A stretch of 64,000 nucleotides of DNA from positions 20,033,590-20,097,589 of the forward strand of contig CM119264.1 in the NCBI GenBank assembly GCA_051294375.1, in the 5' to 3' direction. Numbering within the stretch: the first letter of the stretch is position 1; each line of letters starts with the position of its first letter. A model generated the notes under the pieces. It did not search any database, had not been told where the DNA came from, and was given only the letters and a program-made list of their open reading frames with translations. The translations under genes and the position numbers were made by a program. This stretch comes from Paraspadella gotoi. Taxonomy: Eukaryota; Animalia; Chaetognatha. Below, piece after piece: positions 1 to 13,000 of the stretch.

Positions 1-250
1 GTTGAAGGTGAGGGCAGATTGAGTGAGTTGTAAAATGAAGTGAAACTTGTTAAAGAGAGAGAGTTAGAGAGAGAGTGAGAGAGAGAGAGAGAGAGAAACA
101 AAACAACAGGGATAAATAAATAATAAAGATTCATTTTTGCAATGTACAACAAAGATAAAGAAGTTTGAAAAACTAACATTTGTGAAATTTAACATTTAAC
201 TAGTGAATAAATAAGTAATTAGCTAAGGGATAGATAAGTAAAATTGAAAT
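1..250 (-). mobile_element. Penelope-like 3' tail fragment
   Basis: Similar to 8240-8470 ((GA)n, tttttgcaatgtacaacaaagataaag). Confidence 0.5.
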
Positions 251-860
251 AAATTATGCAAAAAAAATGATGTCCGTCCGTCCCACCTTAGCAAAAACAC
301 CAATTACTCGTGATTGGATGGATGGATTGGATTGAAATTTTGTGTGTGGGTAGGGAAGTGTGTGATTGAGCTGGATATGAAGTTTCGATGGAATCGTCCG
401 AGTGGAAATGAGTTTAAATGGACAAAACAAAAAAATATATTTTACAATCTGAAGACCAATTGATCATGAGTGGAAGGGGCGATTGACCTGGAATTTTGTA
501 TGTGGGTAGGAAAGTGTGTGGTTAAGCTGGAAATTAAGTTTCGATGGAATGGTTTGAGTGGAAATGAGTTTAAATGGAAAAAACAAGAAAGTCTGTTTCA
601 CTAATTGATTATGCTTCTTTTTTCCTTTTATATTAAATGTAAATGCATTATGTATTAATTAATCAATAATTAATTAATCAGTCAATCAATCAAGTCAATC
701 ATTATCGGCATTATTCTCATCGTCGTCATTGCTTTTGTCGTAGTTAGTAACAAAAAGTCCTAAAAACAAACATTTGGGATCAAATTAATTATTTAATTAT
801 TAATTAATTAATTATCGATGATGATCGTGGGAAGATCCGACATTGTTTGCTCAAACTTGT
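250..860 (+). mobile_element. Helentron/DINE-1-like non-autonomous element (family A), truncated
   Basis: (GTCC)n, internal ~130-190-bp repeats, terminus agatccgacattgtttgctcaaacttgtt. Confidence 0.6.
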
Positions 861-899
861 TATTGTTGAACATGGCTGTTTATGTTTTTTTTTTTTTAG

Positions 900-1098
900 G
901 TACAGAAACAATATACCGATTTCAAGATTTGATGACAGAGTTGAAGTTAAGCAAGATGACTGTCAATTATATTGCACAATCAAAAAAATAACTCTTGATG
1001 AAAATGGCGCTATCTACTCTGTTACTGCCGATAACTCCACGACTACCGCATCTCTTCAAGTTGCAGAAGAACCTTTGTACTTCATAGAAAAATTAACA
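900..1098 (+). CDS. titin-like exon 1 (Ig)
   Basis: tttag acceptor, YRNNIPISRFDDRVEVK...EEPLYFIEKLT, gtaagc donor. Confidence 0.85.
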
Positions 1099-4000
1099 GT
1101 AAGCGAAGTTTATTTATTCTATGGCCTTAACTTTTGCTTAAAGATACGGAAAGTTGCGTAATTTTATTTCGTAAGTCAATAGATCAAATGCCATAACATA
1201 ATCTGCCTATTTGTAATTTTAAGTTACCCTGTAGTGCAAAGCTTATTACTAATAATTGTGCTGAATTGAATAACATGTTTTGGTTTTCATCATCGTATGT
1301 CCTCAGCTATTTAACATAGTTTTAAAAATCTTAACGTAAAATTATGTAAAATTAAAATTACTAGCTATTACCGATACTATATGTCTTCATTCTTATTATT
1401 AATATTCACATTGTGAAGTAAATAAAATTGATGAATTCCCGGGTTCATATACCTTGATAAAATTATACCACCCCCTCTAAACTTAAACCTAGAAATCATA
1501 AACCACATTCAAACCTCTCTCCTTTTCCTTAAAGCAATTCCACCCGTTAATTGATTTTGAGATCTTGATTTTCAGAACTGATTTAAAAATCTAGGGAAAG
1601 TTGAAAGAATTGCCAAGCATAGCTTTTGAGCCGCATAATTAGCTGAGCACATATCTTATCATTATTAAAAACCAACTGTGCACCACCTCTCAACTCATTT
1701 TATTTTATTTTTTTGTTATTACTATGTTATTTACAAATGCTTTGTTTCGTTTCTTTTATTTCTTTTCGTCATATCTTTTTTGCAATTCTCTCAATTCTAC
1801 AGTCCTGTGCAAAAAAAAAGAGGACACCCAAAAACATTATGAAAATAAATCAAGTGAGATTCCTTTAAAATGAAAGATATTGTAAGTAAATAATATTCAT
1901 GATAAAAGGAACTGGTGTAAATTTAATTAATCCATGGCTAAGCAATGATTTTTTTAAAAGTAACTACTATTAAGTACTCAAAAAGAATGTCAGAACAGAA
2001 GAAAATTAAGATATTTTTAATCTTTTGTGTTTAGGGTGCTGTAGTCCTTATTTCCCATTTACAAATTTTTATAAGGCGAATCCCTTCAAGAGCTATAATC
2101 GACGGTTCCATTGGGATTCCTCCCACACGGGATTCCTCCCAACAGGATTCCTCCCACCCGGGATTCCTCCCACACGGGTTTCCTCCCACACGGGATTCCT
2201 CCACAAGGGATTCCTCCCAATGGAATTGCTCCCACACGGGATTCCTCCCAAAGGAATTCCTTCCACACGGCATTCCTCTCAAAGGAATTCCTCCCACGCG
2301 GGATTCCTCCCATGCGAGGTTCCTCCCCACAGGATTCCTCCCCATGTAATGTAATGTAGGAATCACATGTGGGAGGAATTCCATGTGGGAGGAATCCTGC
2401 GTGGGAGGAATCCCGTGTGGGAGGAATCCAGTGAGGGAGGAATCCCGCCTGTAAGGAATCCCGCGTGGGAGGAATCCCGTGGGGGAGGAATCCCTTGTGG
2501 GAGGAATCCCAAGTGGAAGAATCACGCGTTGGAGTAATCCCGCGTGGGAGGAATCCTGCGTGGGAGGAGTTCCATGGGGAGGAATCCCGTGTGGGAGGAA
2601 TTCTATGGGGAGGAATTCCGTGTGGGAGGAATTCCTTGGGGAGGAATCCCGTGTGGGAGGAATCTCGTGTGGGATAAATGTAATAATAATGAGGTGGGTC
2701 AAAAGTTTGATTTGGGAACCTTCTCAAATGAAACTTCATACATTTCTGAAAAAACTTTCTTTGGACCAACATTTTCTAAAATGGCTAGAAGCACTAGTAA
2801 TTATTTTTTTAATATTTATTTATAGATAGGAAACGTTAAAAATTTCTTTTTGAATTTTTTATTTTTAAAAGCAGATTCAGATAGCTTATGAAAAACTTTC
2901 TGTACAAAGTTTAATTCTTTTTTTAATATTTTGATGATAAGTGGGTCAAAATTGAAAAATACTTTTAAAAATCATTATCATCCAATGATTTTAGCAGTTT
3001 TTGCTAATTTTCAGTAATAAAACATCAAAATTTTAAAAATCAATTAAAAAAGCTTAAAATATCTAAAAAATATATATAGCAATATAATAATTTGAAACAT
3101 GTTTGCAAAAAAATATTTTAACACAAAAACAATAATAAATTTGTTTAATGTTGTTCCCATTAAAATTTGTATTTGGTCGACTACCGCTACCAATAAATAA
3201 TAATTTTTTTTGTTATCAAATTTTTTCATTGTCCTTTTTCGTTATACTTTGTCTTTGTCCGTTCTTTTTTTTCTATATTTCTTTTTCACTATATTTTTCT
3301 TCACTCGCACAAATACATCAAAACTTTATTTTATGTTTAATCACCCACTTCTCTACCCTGACACAAAATTTTAACTCAATTGATCCAACTAATCTTGAGT
3401 AGTTGAAGTTAAAATGTAGGGGGATGGTTGGATAGATGGACCTCTTTTTTTGAATAATATTTCATAATTTGTTATTATAAGCTGTTGGTCACTCTCTATC
3501 ACTAAATCACTTATAACAAATTAAAGTAAAAGAAAATATTCTTTACCCGTTTTAAAGTTTTTCTTAAATTCTAAAAATTGCTTTAATTTTTCTAATTTAA
3601 CTTTTAGGATTTACCTATAAAGAAAATACCCTCAAATATTCAGCTTAGTTGTACCTTAAACAAATCTGGTGTACAAGTTCAATGGTTAAAAGACGGATTC
3701 CCGGTTAAGGTTAGTTTATACAAAATACATGTTAGATATAATATTCCATATTATTAATGCTATCTTAATATTATTTTCTCTTCAATTAGCTTGATACGGA
3801 TAAATATGAAGCAAAAGAAGAAGATGGAAAGCATTGGTTGTATATTTCCGATTGTAGTGGAGATGATGAAGGCAACTATACCTGTAAAGCTAAAGATATA
3901 TCAACTGATGCAAAACTAATCATAAGAGGTAAATTACAGGAGAATACTTAATTAATCATTTCTTTGCCAAAAAACCGATTAATTTTTATACTTTTTTAGC

Positions 4001-7000
4001 ATACCCAATCTTGGCCATTCCTGATGAACTGCGAACAATTAAAGCAGGCACTGGAACAATATTTGAAATTCCATATTATGGTCATCCTATTCCTACAGTA
4101 AAATGTATACATAAAGAAAAAGATCTGGATCAAAAAAGGCGTCGAATCGATCATATCCATGGAAAAATGATTAAATTAATCCTCAAGTAAGTAAGGAAGT
4201 ATTATTGTTTCAGAAACTCATCCTATATTTGAGATACTAATAGTTATAACTATGTGTTTATTTTATATTTGTCACTTTCATCTTACTCATCTTTGGAAAT
4301 TTACTTAACACCAATAAAAATTTGTAAATAAACCAAGTTGTTTCAAAAAATCTCAGGGACTGTGTACGCTCCGATTCTGGTGAATACTCCCTCACAGTTA
4401 AAAATGAAAACGGGAAAGCTGAGGGAATTGTTAAACTAAATGTTCTTGATAAACCTGGCCCGCCTCGCAATCTTGGATTTAGAGAAGTTTTTAGTGACCG
4501 AATAGTGTCTGAGTGGGACTTGCCTTCAGATGATGGTGGCTCGCCAATCACTGGATATTTGATAGAAAAAAAGGAGAAAACACGATCAAAGGTAAGTAAT
4601 ATCTGTTGAAGGTAGTTCGCTATTCCCTCTATACTTTTATCTTCCTTATCTTTGCACACACAGCTCAAGTTTACAGAGAGGAGAAGAGTTTTTGTTTTAG
4701 CCGTTTTTACATAGAAGAAAAATATTTTTGATTTTATCATTTTGTTTGTCAGCCTCATCACAGTGGTTGGTGAATGAGAAGAAGTTCAGTACAAGAATAT
4801 AGCGATTTCAAGTCTCAATATTAGAAGAAACGAAATTTTCGTGGAACAACAAAAAAATTTTATTAACATAAAATTTGGACATGTTTCGGCTTTGTTCTTC
4901 AAGCCTTCATCAGCATTTGAAAAAGACAAAATTTTTTTTTACAAACATTGAGTTGGTGTCATCTGTTTAGAGAGGAAGACTGTCTTGTGCTGTCCCATGA
5001 CCAAAATTGGTTCTCAAGAGGTATTAGAGAGGCAATCTACATCAAAGCCCTCGAGCCCTCTTTGAACCGTGATGGAGGACGATTCGATCTCCCTCCAAGC
5101 TATGATTCGTTAATCAAAACTGTGGTGGAGCACCCAACGCCACCTCAGCCGCACGGTGATTCCCCTGTCGGCCCGCAATTCCATTTTTAATGGAATGACG
5201 AAAGAGTTGGGAAGAATTCTCAACTCTCTCGTCGGAAACCAACACCACCTCAGAAATTCTCTCGATCTGACGGAAAAGTTGCAACAAATCAAAGTGCCCG
5301 ATACTCATCTCTTGGCCTCATGCGACTTACAGAGCATGTTCACTAATATCCCTCAGGGACNNNNNNNNNNNNNNNNNNNNNNNNNCACAACACGGCAGTA
5401 AGTAGATCTTGTAAAACTGGCAGTCTTCCCATCAAGGTTAAAGGAATATGCGCCATTCTATTTCACAACGTTCCGTGCTTCATAATATATTAAAAACTGT
5501 TGCTCCGCCATCAATTTTGGTGGTTTCCATGTTAATCTTACTAGCTTCTTTTGTAATCAAGCATATTCACCTTAATTGGTGGAGCCAGGACGCGCCTAAA
5601 AATAAAAATTAATAAGTAAATATATGAGAAGAATATCTGGAAGATTAGACAATTTACGTAATTTATCTGCAATCAACTTACTGTAAAGGATCTTTGCTGG
5701 TAAATCTGTTGGAATGGTTTGCTTGGATCTGACAATCCTGCCTTATTTTCTGAATAAACGCGTATTCATATTCATACCTTCAATTAATTCAGAATCAATG
5801 TATTTGAGATGTGGTGTGGCTGATTTAGTAATCGTTGCCACCTAAAAAACAGTACAGATATTGTTCGAATTTCTAGAAATTAATTTCAAGTAATCAAAAA
5901 TATATATATTTTTATCAAGTACCGGGGAGATTCAGTATGAACGTCTTTCAACAATATATAGCCATTATAGGTGAACTCCATCTGATAAGGAATAGTCCAA
6001 GCTAGCGTGGCAGAAGAAGCATCAACATCTGATACACTTGGGTTTTGTGGAGGTTCTGGTCTTTTAAATGGATTTTGAACTTTAACTGGTTTGCTTTCAG
6101 TAAAGTCTCCTACTCCGAATTTATTAATGGCAGCAACCCTAATAATATATTCTTGCCGTTCCTTGATGCCAGAATCAATTGAAAAACACATAGCTCCATC
6201 AGTTTCTCCAACTTCGTTAAACTATAAATAAAAAAAAATTATTTAATTTTACAGTTACTAAACCTCTTCCAACTTGCTCGGATTTTCAGAGTTAAAATTT
6301 TCATAAGTAGTTAATTGTTTAATTCAACAGGTCGTCAATTGTTAAGCTTACATTGTAGTGACGTAGTATCACTACCGCGTTTGATAAGGTTGTTACGTCT
6401 ATCAGCGATGTAAAAGATGAAAAATTCCAAGACCTAATTGGCACTGGCACACTAGTGTGTGGACTTGGGGGTAGGGGTTGAAAAATAACGAAATATAACA
6501 AATCAAGTGAGGTACATAGCTATTTTAGTGTAATTAAAGTCTGTAGAATTAAAATCTCATCTTCTTTGTCGGAATGGCGATTTTTGCAGCATATAAGGTA
6601 TATCAAAATGGAGCAAACATTGTAGAGTATAAGAAACTCAAATTATTAAGATTTTTAAAAAGCCATATTTAACTTACATAATATAAAAATAAAGACCCAT
6701 ATAAATATTTTGGTAAGTTTTCGTTACAAATTTTATATTTTTTGTTTGTTTCGCTATATTTATTAATAAATAATAATAAAAAAATAAGCTAAAGTAAAAA
6801 AAATTAAAAAAATTAAAATTTTAAAAAACCAGATTTGAATTCCTTAAAAAGTTGTATAAAGAAAGTAAATCCATTTTAAAAAAATTATTTTATTAAGTAG
6901 GTTAAAATTATTAAAAACTATTATTTTTATTTAATTTTTTTCAATTTTTGGCTTAAAATTATAGTTTTTCTAAATTTTGACCACTTAATGACATATTTTG

Positions 7001-10000
7001 ATATAAAAATTATATTTTCTTATATCAACTTTTTGCAAAGAATGCAAATCCATGAAAAAATTTTTGAAATTATTTATTTATTATTAAACCTAATTTTTAC
7101 TTATAATTATTAATAAATTTAGTTAATAACTTTTAATAAAACATAAAATATAGAAATAAACTTACCAAAAATATTTTTATAAGTCTTTATTTTTATATTT
7201 CAAAAGCTCATATAAAATTTTAATAAAATTTTAATAATTTGATTTTTCATTACTTATAATGGTTTTGTTATTTTATAACAATTTTATATACATTAAAAAC
7301 CGTCATTTCCGCACAGAAAGATAAAATTATACAAAAGAATGGTCATCACCATCGGAATTCTACAGACTAACATTACACTAAAATAGCTATGTACCTCACT
7401 TGATTTGTTATATTTTGTTATTTTTCAACGCTCCACACTGTGGAGTCTATCTCACCATTCGGAAGGGAATATGGGAGATCCCCCTTTCCTCACGGTCACT
7501 TTAACACTCCGATGTCTATCGTGGCTACAAAAACCACCGACGAAATAAGAAAAACGCAAACCAGCCCAAAACTACATCTCCTCACTCTCTCTCTCGTGAC
7601 ATAATTCTTTGTTTTAATATGAGACTTTGTGTTAATCCTTTCTTTTTATCGAGCCAGGATTGCTTCTTTGTGACGTCGTCGTCGTCGTCGTCGTCACGCT
7701 GTTTTTTATATAAAAGCTACTACGCTTTTTTATAGGTTTGGCTGTGACTTACCGTTTTTTTTAAATAAAAATTATTATGAATTATGATAAAGTTTTACAA
7801 AAGTGTACGACCATAGTAAGTTAAAGTTAGTTAATTTAGATATGGCTTCTCATCTTGAAATAGCTTTGATATTTTCTTATTACATTTGGATTTAAGTATT
7901 TTTTGTTTGAATTCCACTTCATTATGATTTACTGCAATATGCAAATGAGAATATAGTACTCATTATAATATCCAAATTAGCATATAGAAATGCTTTAATC
8001 TAATTTAATATTGCAGTATATAATATTGAAGATTAGAGAAAGACAAAGTTTATTTGTTTATGTACAACATTTATTTTTACATAGGACATGTTTCGGCTTA
8101 AGTATAAGCCTTCATCAGCGTTTGATTAATCAGACAATTTTTTCTCTTAACATTGAGTCAGAGAGAGAGAGAGAGATTGAGAGAGAGAAAGAGGAGAGAG
8201 AGAGAGATAAAGCTTCCACAAAGGTTGAGATAAGGAACGTGGTCAGATTGAGGACAGGTGAAGGTAAGGAGAGAGAAGAAGAGGAAAGTGGTTGAAATGT
8301 GAATAGTGAAAATTTGAAGAGACAGAGAGAGAGAAAATATTTACATTTTTGTAATGTACAACAAAGATAAAGGAATAAATAATTCAATAACAATAAATAA
8401 ATAGACTTAATGCTTAACTAGTAGATTTAACGTAGAATATTTTAACTAGTTTGTTAATTAAGATTGAAATAAAGAGAAAGAGAAAAGAAGAATGTGTGGT
8501 TAGGGATAGCTAAGTTGTAGAATTAGAGAAAATAAAGATAAAGAAAAGAGCTCAAAATGAGCTGGCCCTCCCCCCGGCCTGGCAAAAGCAGGACGTTGAT
8601 GATATGATCGGGTCATTGACTTGTCATGGGCTGAGAGGGTATCGTCATGGATCGAGATTGTCCAGGATCTGGTAACGAGCCGCCTGGAAAAAAAATGCCC
8701 AATGCCACTCTGATATCCTCTGGCCTGATAAGCCTGCCGAAGTCCCTCCTCTCGCCTGATGCGAGGCGGGGCAAAATGCTGTTCTGGCCTGCTTTGCTGC
8801 AGGTGATACAGACTCTTTCCCTCCTCCTGCAGCGCGTCGTTTTGGGCGACGTCTAGTGTGAGAAGAGTCACACCAAGGTGCTGTAGGTTTGGGAGAGGTA
8901 TCGTGCATCCATGCCTGCTGGGGAGGCCTCCGTCTGACCCGTTGAGTGGGGACAGGGGAAATCACCGTGCGGTTGGGTGGTGCTGGGCGTTCCACCTCGA
9001 TTTTAAATTAGCCGAATCATAGCTTGGAGGGAGGTCCATCGTCCTCCATCACGATTCAGAGAGGGCTCGAGGGCTTTGATGTAAATCGCCTCTCTAATAC
9101 CTCTAGTGAAACCAGTTTTGGTCATGGACAGCACAAGACAGTCAGTTTCTCTAAACAGATGGCCGGAGGTTGCTGTGTGCTCAGCAATAGCCGATAAGTA
9201 ATGACCACGTGGGTCCGATATGGCTTTGTGTGCTGTTTGAACCGATCTGACAGAGACTTTCCTGTCTCGCCACAGTATGCTGCCTGTGCAGGGTTGGTTG
9301 CCCTTCCCTGCACAAGGCGCCCAATAGACGGCTCTCTGAAGTGTTTGGTCTGGGAATTTATCTTTCGGTTTCACCATTGCTCACGTAAAGAGCCGCGGGC
9401 CATCACTGAGGTGGAGATTCCCTGCTTTGCTAAACACCCGCACCAAATGGCTCAGTGATCCCCGGTGGTAGGGGAGGGAGATATGGCCCACGTTCTTGAG
9501 GCGCTTCTGCTTATCTCCCACTTGCGCTGTGGTGGGCGCGGTCAGCCTTCAGCAGCAAGGCCTCCGCTCTTCCTCCTGGGGGGCAGAGGTTGAGCTTCCG
9601 TCAGCGGTTACTTGGGCAGCCCAGGGTGGCCACTGCCCTCAGCCTGGTTCAGCCGGAAGCCTTGCCTTTTCGTAAACCCACAGAGGGTAACCATTGAGCG
9701 CCAAGGCTCTTTGAGACATGCTCAAGCTCGGCGGCCTGGAGCTCGGGGAGGTCGACGGAATCAGAAGAGCTCTTCTGGTAAGGGACTGACCGTGGCGAGC
9801 TTGTGCGACAAGGGAGCATGCGAATCAAAGGGAATGTATTGATCGGTATGGGTCGGGGTTTTCGGTAGACTGAGAATCCAATGAGCCGCCCTCTTTGCGT
9901 TGTATAAGCACATCAAGCATTTGGAATTTTTCCATTCACATCTTTTTCACATGTCACTTGATGCTCGCTTCAAAATGTTCAAATGGGAAATAGGGTATCG

Positions 10001-13000
10001 ACGAGATCCCTTCTCACGGCCAGGATGGTATCGTCTGCTTTGCGATACAGAAGAGAACTGACTCTGCCCATGCAGAGATCGAAAAGAAGCCAGAGCTTCC
10101 ACCTCATAGTCTCCATGTAAAAATCTGCAGAGGACTTGAAGTTGATTTGCCCATCCCTAAGCCACCAGGTGGGCATAATACTGTCCATCGACTGAAGTAC
10201 GCCAGTTCCAGGTCGAGCCCGCAACAGTGCCATGATATCATCCAATTGGATTGGCGTACGCTCGTGCAACAGCCGGTCTCCCTTCAGCGGCGTTCTGCGG
10301 AGGCTAACGCCAGTCCCCCTACCACCAGGGGATCACTGAGCCATTGGTGCGGGTGTTAGCAAAGCAGGGAATCTCCACCTCAGTGATGGCCCGCGGCTCT
10401 TTACGTGAGCAATTGGTGAAACCGAAANNNNNNNNNNNNNNNNNNNNNNNNNNNNNNNNNNNNNNNNNNNNNNNNNNNNNNNNNNNNNNNNNNNNNNNNN
10501 NNNNNNNNNNNNNNNNNNNNNNNNNNNNNNNNNNNNNNNNNNNNNNNNNNNNNNNNNNNNNNNNNNNNNNNNNNNNNNNNNNNNNNNNNNNNNNNNNNNN
10601 NNNNNNNNNNNNNNNNNNNNNNNNNNNNNNNNNNNNNNNNNNNNNNNNNNNNNNNNNNNNNNNNNNNNNNNNNNNNNNNNNNNNNNNNNNNNNNNNNNNN
10701 NNNNNNNNNNNNNNNNNNNNNNNNNNNNNNNNNNNNNNNNNNNNNNNNNNNNNNNNNNNNNNNNNNNNNNNNNNNNNNNNNNNNNNNNNNNNNNNNNNNN
10801 NNNNNNNNNNNNNNNNNNNNNNNNNNNNNNNNNNNNAAGCCCTCGAGCCCTCTCTGAATCGTGATGGAGGACGATTGGACCTCCCTCCAAGCTATGATTC
10901 GCTAATTAAAATCGAGGTGGAACGCCCAGCACCACCCCAACCGCACGGTGATTCCCCTGTCCCCACTCAACGGGTCAGACGGAGGCCTCCCAGCAGGCAA
11001 TGGATGCACGATACCTCTCCCAAACCTACAGCACCTTGGTGTGACTCTTCTCACACTGAGCGTCGCCCCAAAACGACGGCTGCAGGGAGGAGGGAAAGGA
11101 GTCTGTATCACCTGCAGCAAAGCAGGCCAGAACAGGCATTTGCCCGCTCGCCATCAGGCGAGAGGAGGGACTTCGGCAGGCTTATCAGGCCAGAGGGATA
11201 TCAGAGTGGCATTGGCATTTTTTTCCAGGCGGCTCGTTACCAGATCCTGGACAATCTCGATCCATGACGATACCCTCTCAGCCCATGACAAGTCAATGAC
11301 CCGATCATATCATCAACGTCCTGCTTTTGCCAGGCCGGGGGAGGGCCAGCTCATTTTGAGCTCTTTCTTTATCTTTATTTTCTCTAATTCTACAACTTAG
11401 CTATCCCTAACCACACATTCTTCTTTTCTCTTTCTCTTTATTTCAATCTTAATTAACAACTAGTTAAAATATTCTCAGTTAAATCACTAGTTTAAGCATT
11501 AATGCTATTTATTTATTGTTATTGAATTATTTATTCCTTTATCTTTGTTGTACATTACAAAAATGTAAATATTTTCTCTCTCTCTGTCTCTTCAAATTTT
11601 CACTATTCACATTTCAACCACTTTCCTCTTCTTCTCTCTCCTTACCTCACCTGTCCTCAATCTGACCACTGTCCTTATCTCAACCTTTGTTGGAAGCTTT
11701 ATCTCTCTCTCTCTCTTTTTCTCTCTCTCAATCTTCTCTCTCTCTCTCTGACTCAATGTTAAGAGAAAAATTTGTCTGATTAATCAAACGCTGATGAAGG
11801 CTTATACTTAAAGCCGAAACATGTCCTATGTAAAAATAAATCGTTGTACATAAACAAATAAACTTTGTCTTTCTCTAATCTTCAATATTATATACTGCAA
11901 TATGTAAATTAGATTAAAGCATTTCTATATGCTAATTTGATATTATAATGAGTACTATATTCTCATTTGCATATTGCAGTAAATCATAATGAAGTGGAAA
12001 TTCAAACAAAAAATACTTAAATCCAAATGTAATAAGAAACTACTCAAAAAAGCTATTTCAAGATGAGAAGCCATATCTAAATTAACTAACTTTAACTTAC
12101 TATGGTCGTACACTTTTGTAAAACTTTATCATAATTCATAATAATTTTTATTTAAAAAAAACGGTAAGTCACAGCCAAACCTATAAAAGCGTAGTAGCTT
12201 TTATATAAAAACAGCGTGACGACGACGACGACGACGACGTCACAAAGAAGCAATCCTGGCTCGATAAAAAGAAAGGATTAACACAAAGTCTCAATATAAA
12301 ACAAAGAATTATGTCACGAGAGAGAGAGTGAGAGAGATGTAGTTTGGGCTGGTTTGCGTGTTCTTATTTCGTCGGTGGTTTTTGTAGCCACGATAGACAT
12401 CGGAGTGTTAAAGTGACCGTGAGGAAAGGGGATCTCCATATCCCTCGAATGGTGAGATAGACTCCACAGTGTGGAGCGTTGAAAAATAACAAAATATAAC
12501 AAATCAAGTGAGGTACATAGCTATTTTAGTGTAATGTAGTCTGTAGAATTCGATGGTGATGACCATTCTTTTGTATAATTTTATCTTTCTTGTCGGAAAT
12601 GACGGTTTTTAATGTATATAAAATTGTTATAAAATAACAAAACCATTATAAGTAATGAAAAATCAAATTATTAAAATTTTATAAAATTTATATGAGCTTT
12701 TGAAATATAAAAATAAAGACTTATAAAAATATTTTGGTAAGTTTATTTCTATATTTTATGTTTTATTAAAAGTTAGTTAACTAAATTTATTAATAATTAT
12801 AAGTAAAAATTAGGTTAAAATTAAGAAATAATAATTTCAAAAATTTTTTCATGGATTTGCATTCTTTGCAAAAAGTTGATATAAGAAAATATAATTTTTA
12901 TATCAAAATTATGTCATTAAGTTGGTCAAAATTTAGAAAAACTATAATTTTAAGCCAAAAATTGAAAAAATTAAATAAAAATAATAGTTTTTAATATTTT

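Larger units (their letters stand above)
4948..11880 (+). mobile_element. Penelope-like retroelement (RT + GIY-YIG endonuclease), partial tandem, interrupted by gaps and a mis-oriented block
   Basis: 4948-5172 GIY-YIG C-terminus (IREAIYIK..PSLNRDGG); 5173-5360 RT motif ASCDLQSMFTNIP; 10327-10427 and 10837-11267 ORF end; 3' tail with (TC)n and hammerhead at 11787-11826. Confidence 0.85.

Noticed and set aside
2113-2673. CRISPR-like regular repeats
   Set aside because: No unique spacers, no cas genes, eukaryotic intron context.
2025-2829. Cluster of overlapping ORFs (up to 228 aa) on both strands
   Set aside because: Translations of a stop-free 16-bp minisatellite; no splice or domain support.
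5886-6191. Antisense second titin-like gene
   Set aside because: Frameshifted mirror of exons 6-8 inside the suspected mis-assembled block.
10333-11267. Long ORFs of 185 and 307 aa
   Set aside because: Length comes from reading through the N gap; only the flanks are real Penelope sequence.
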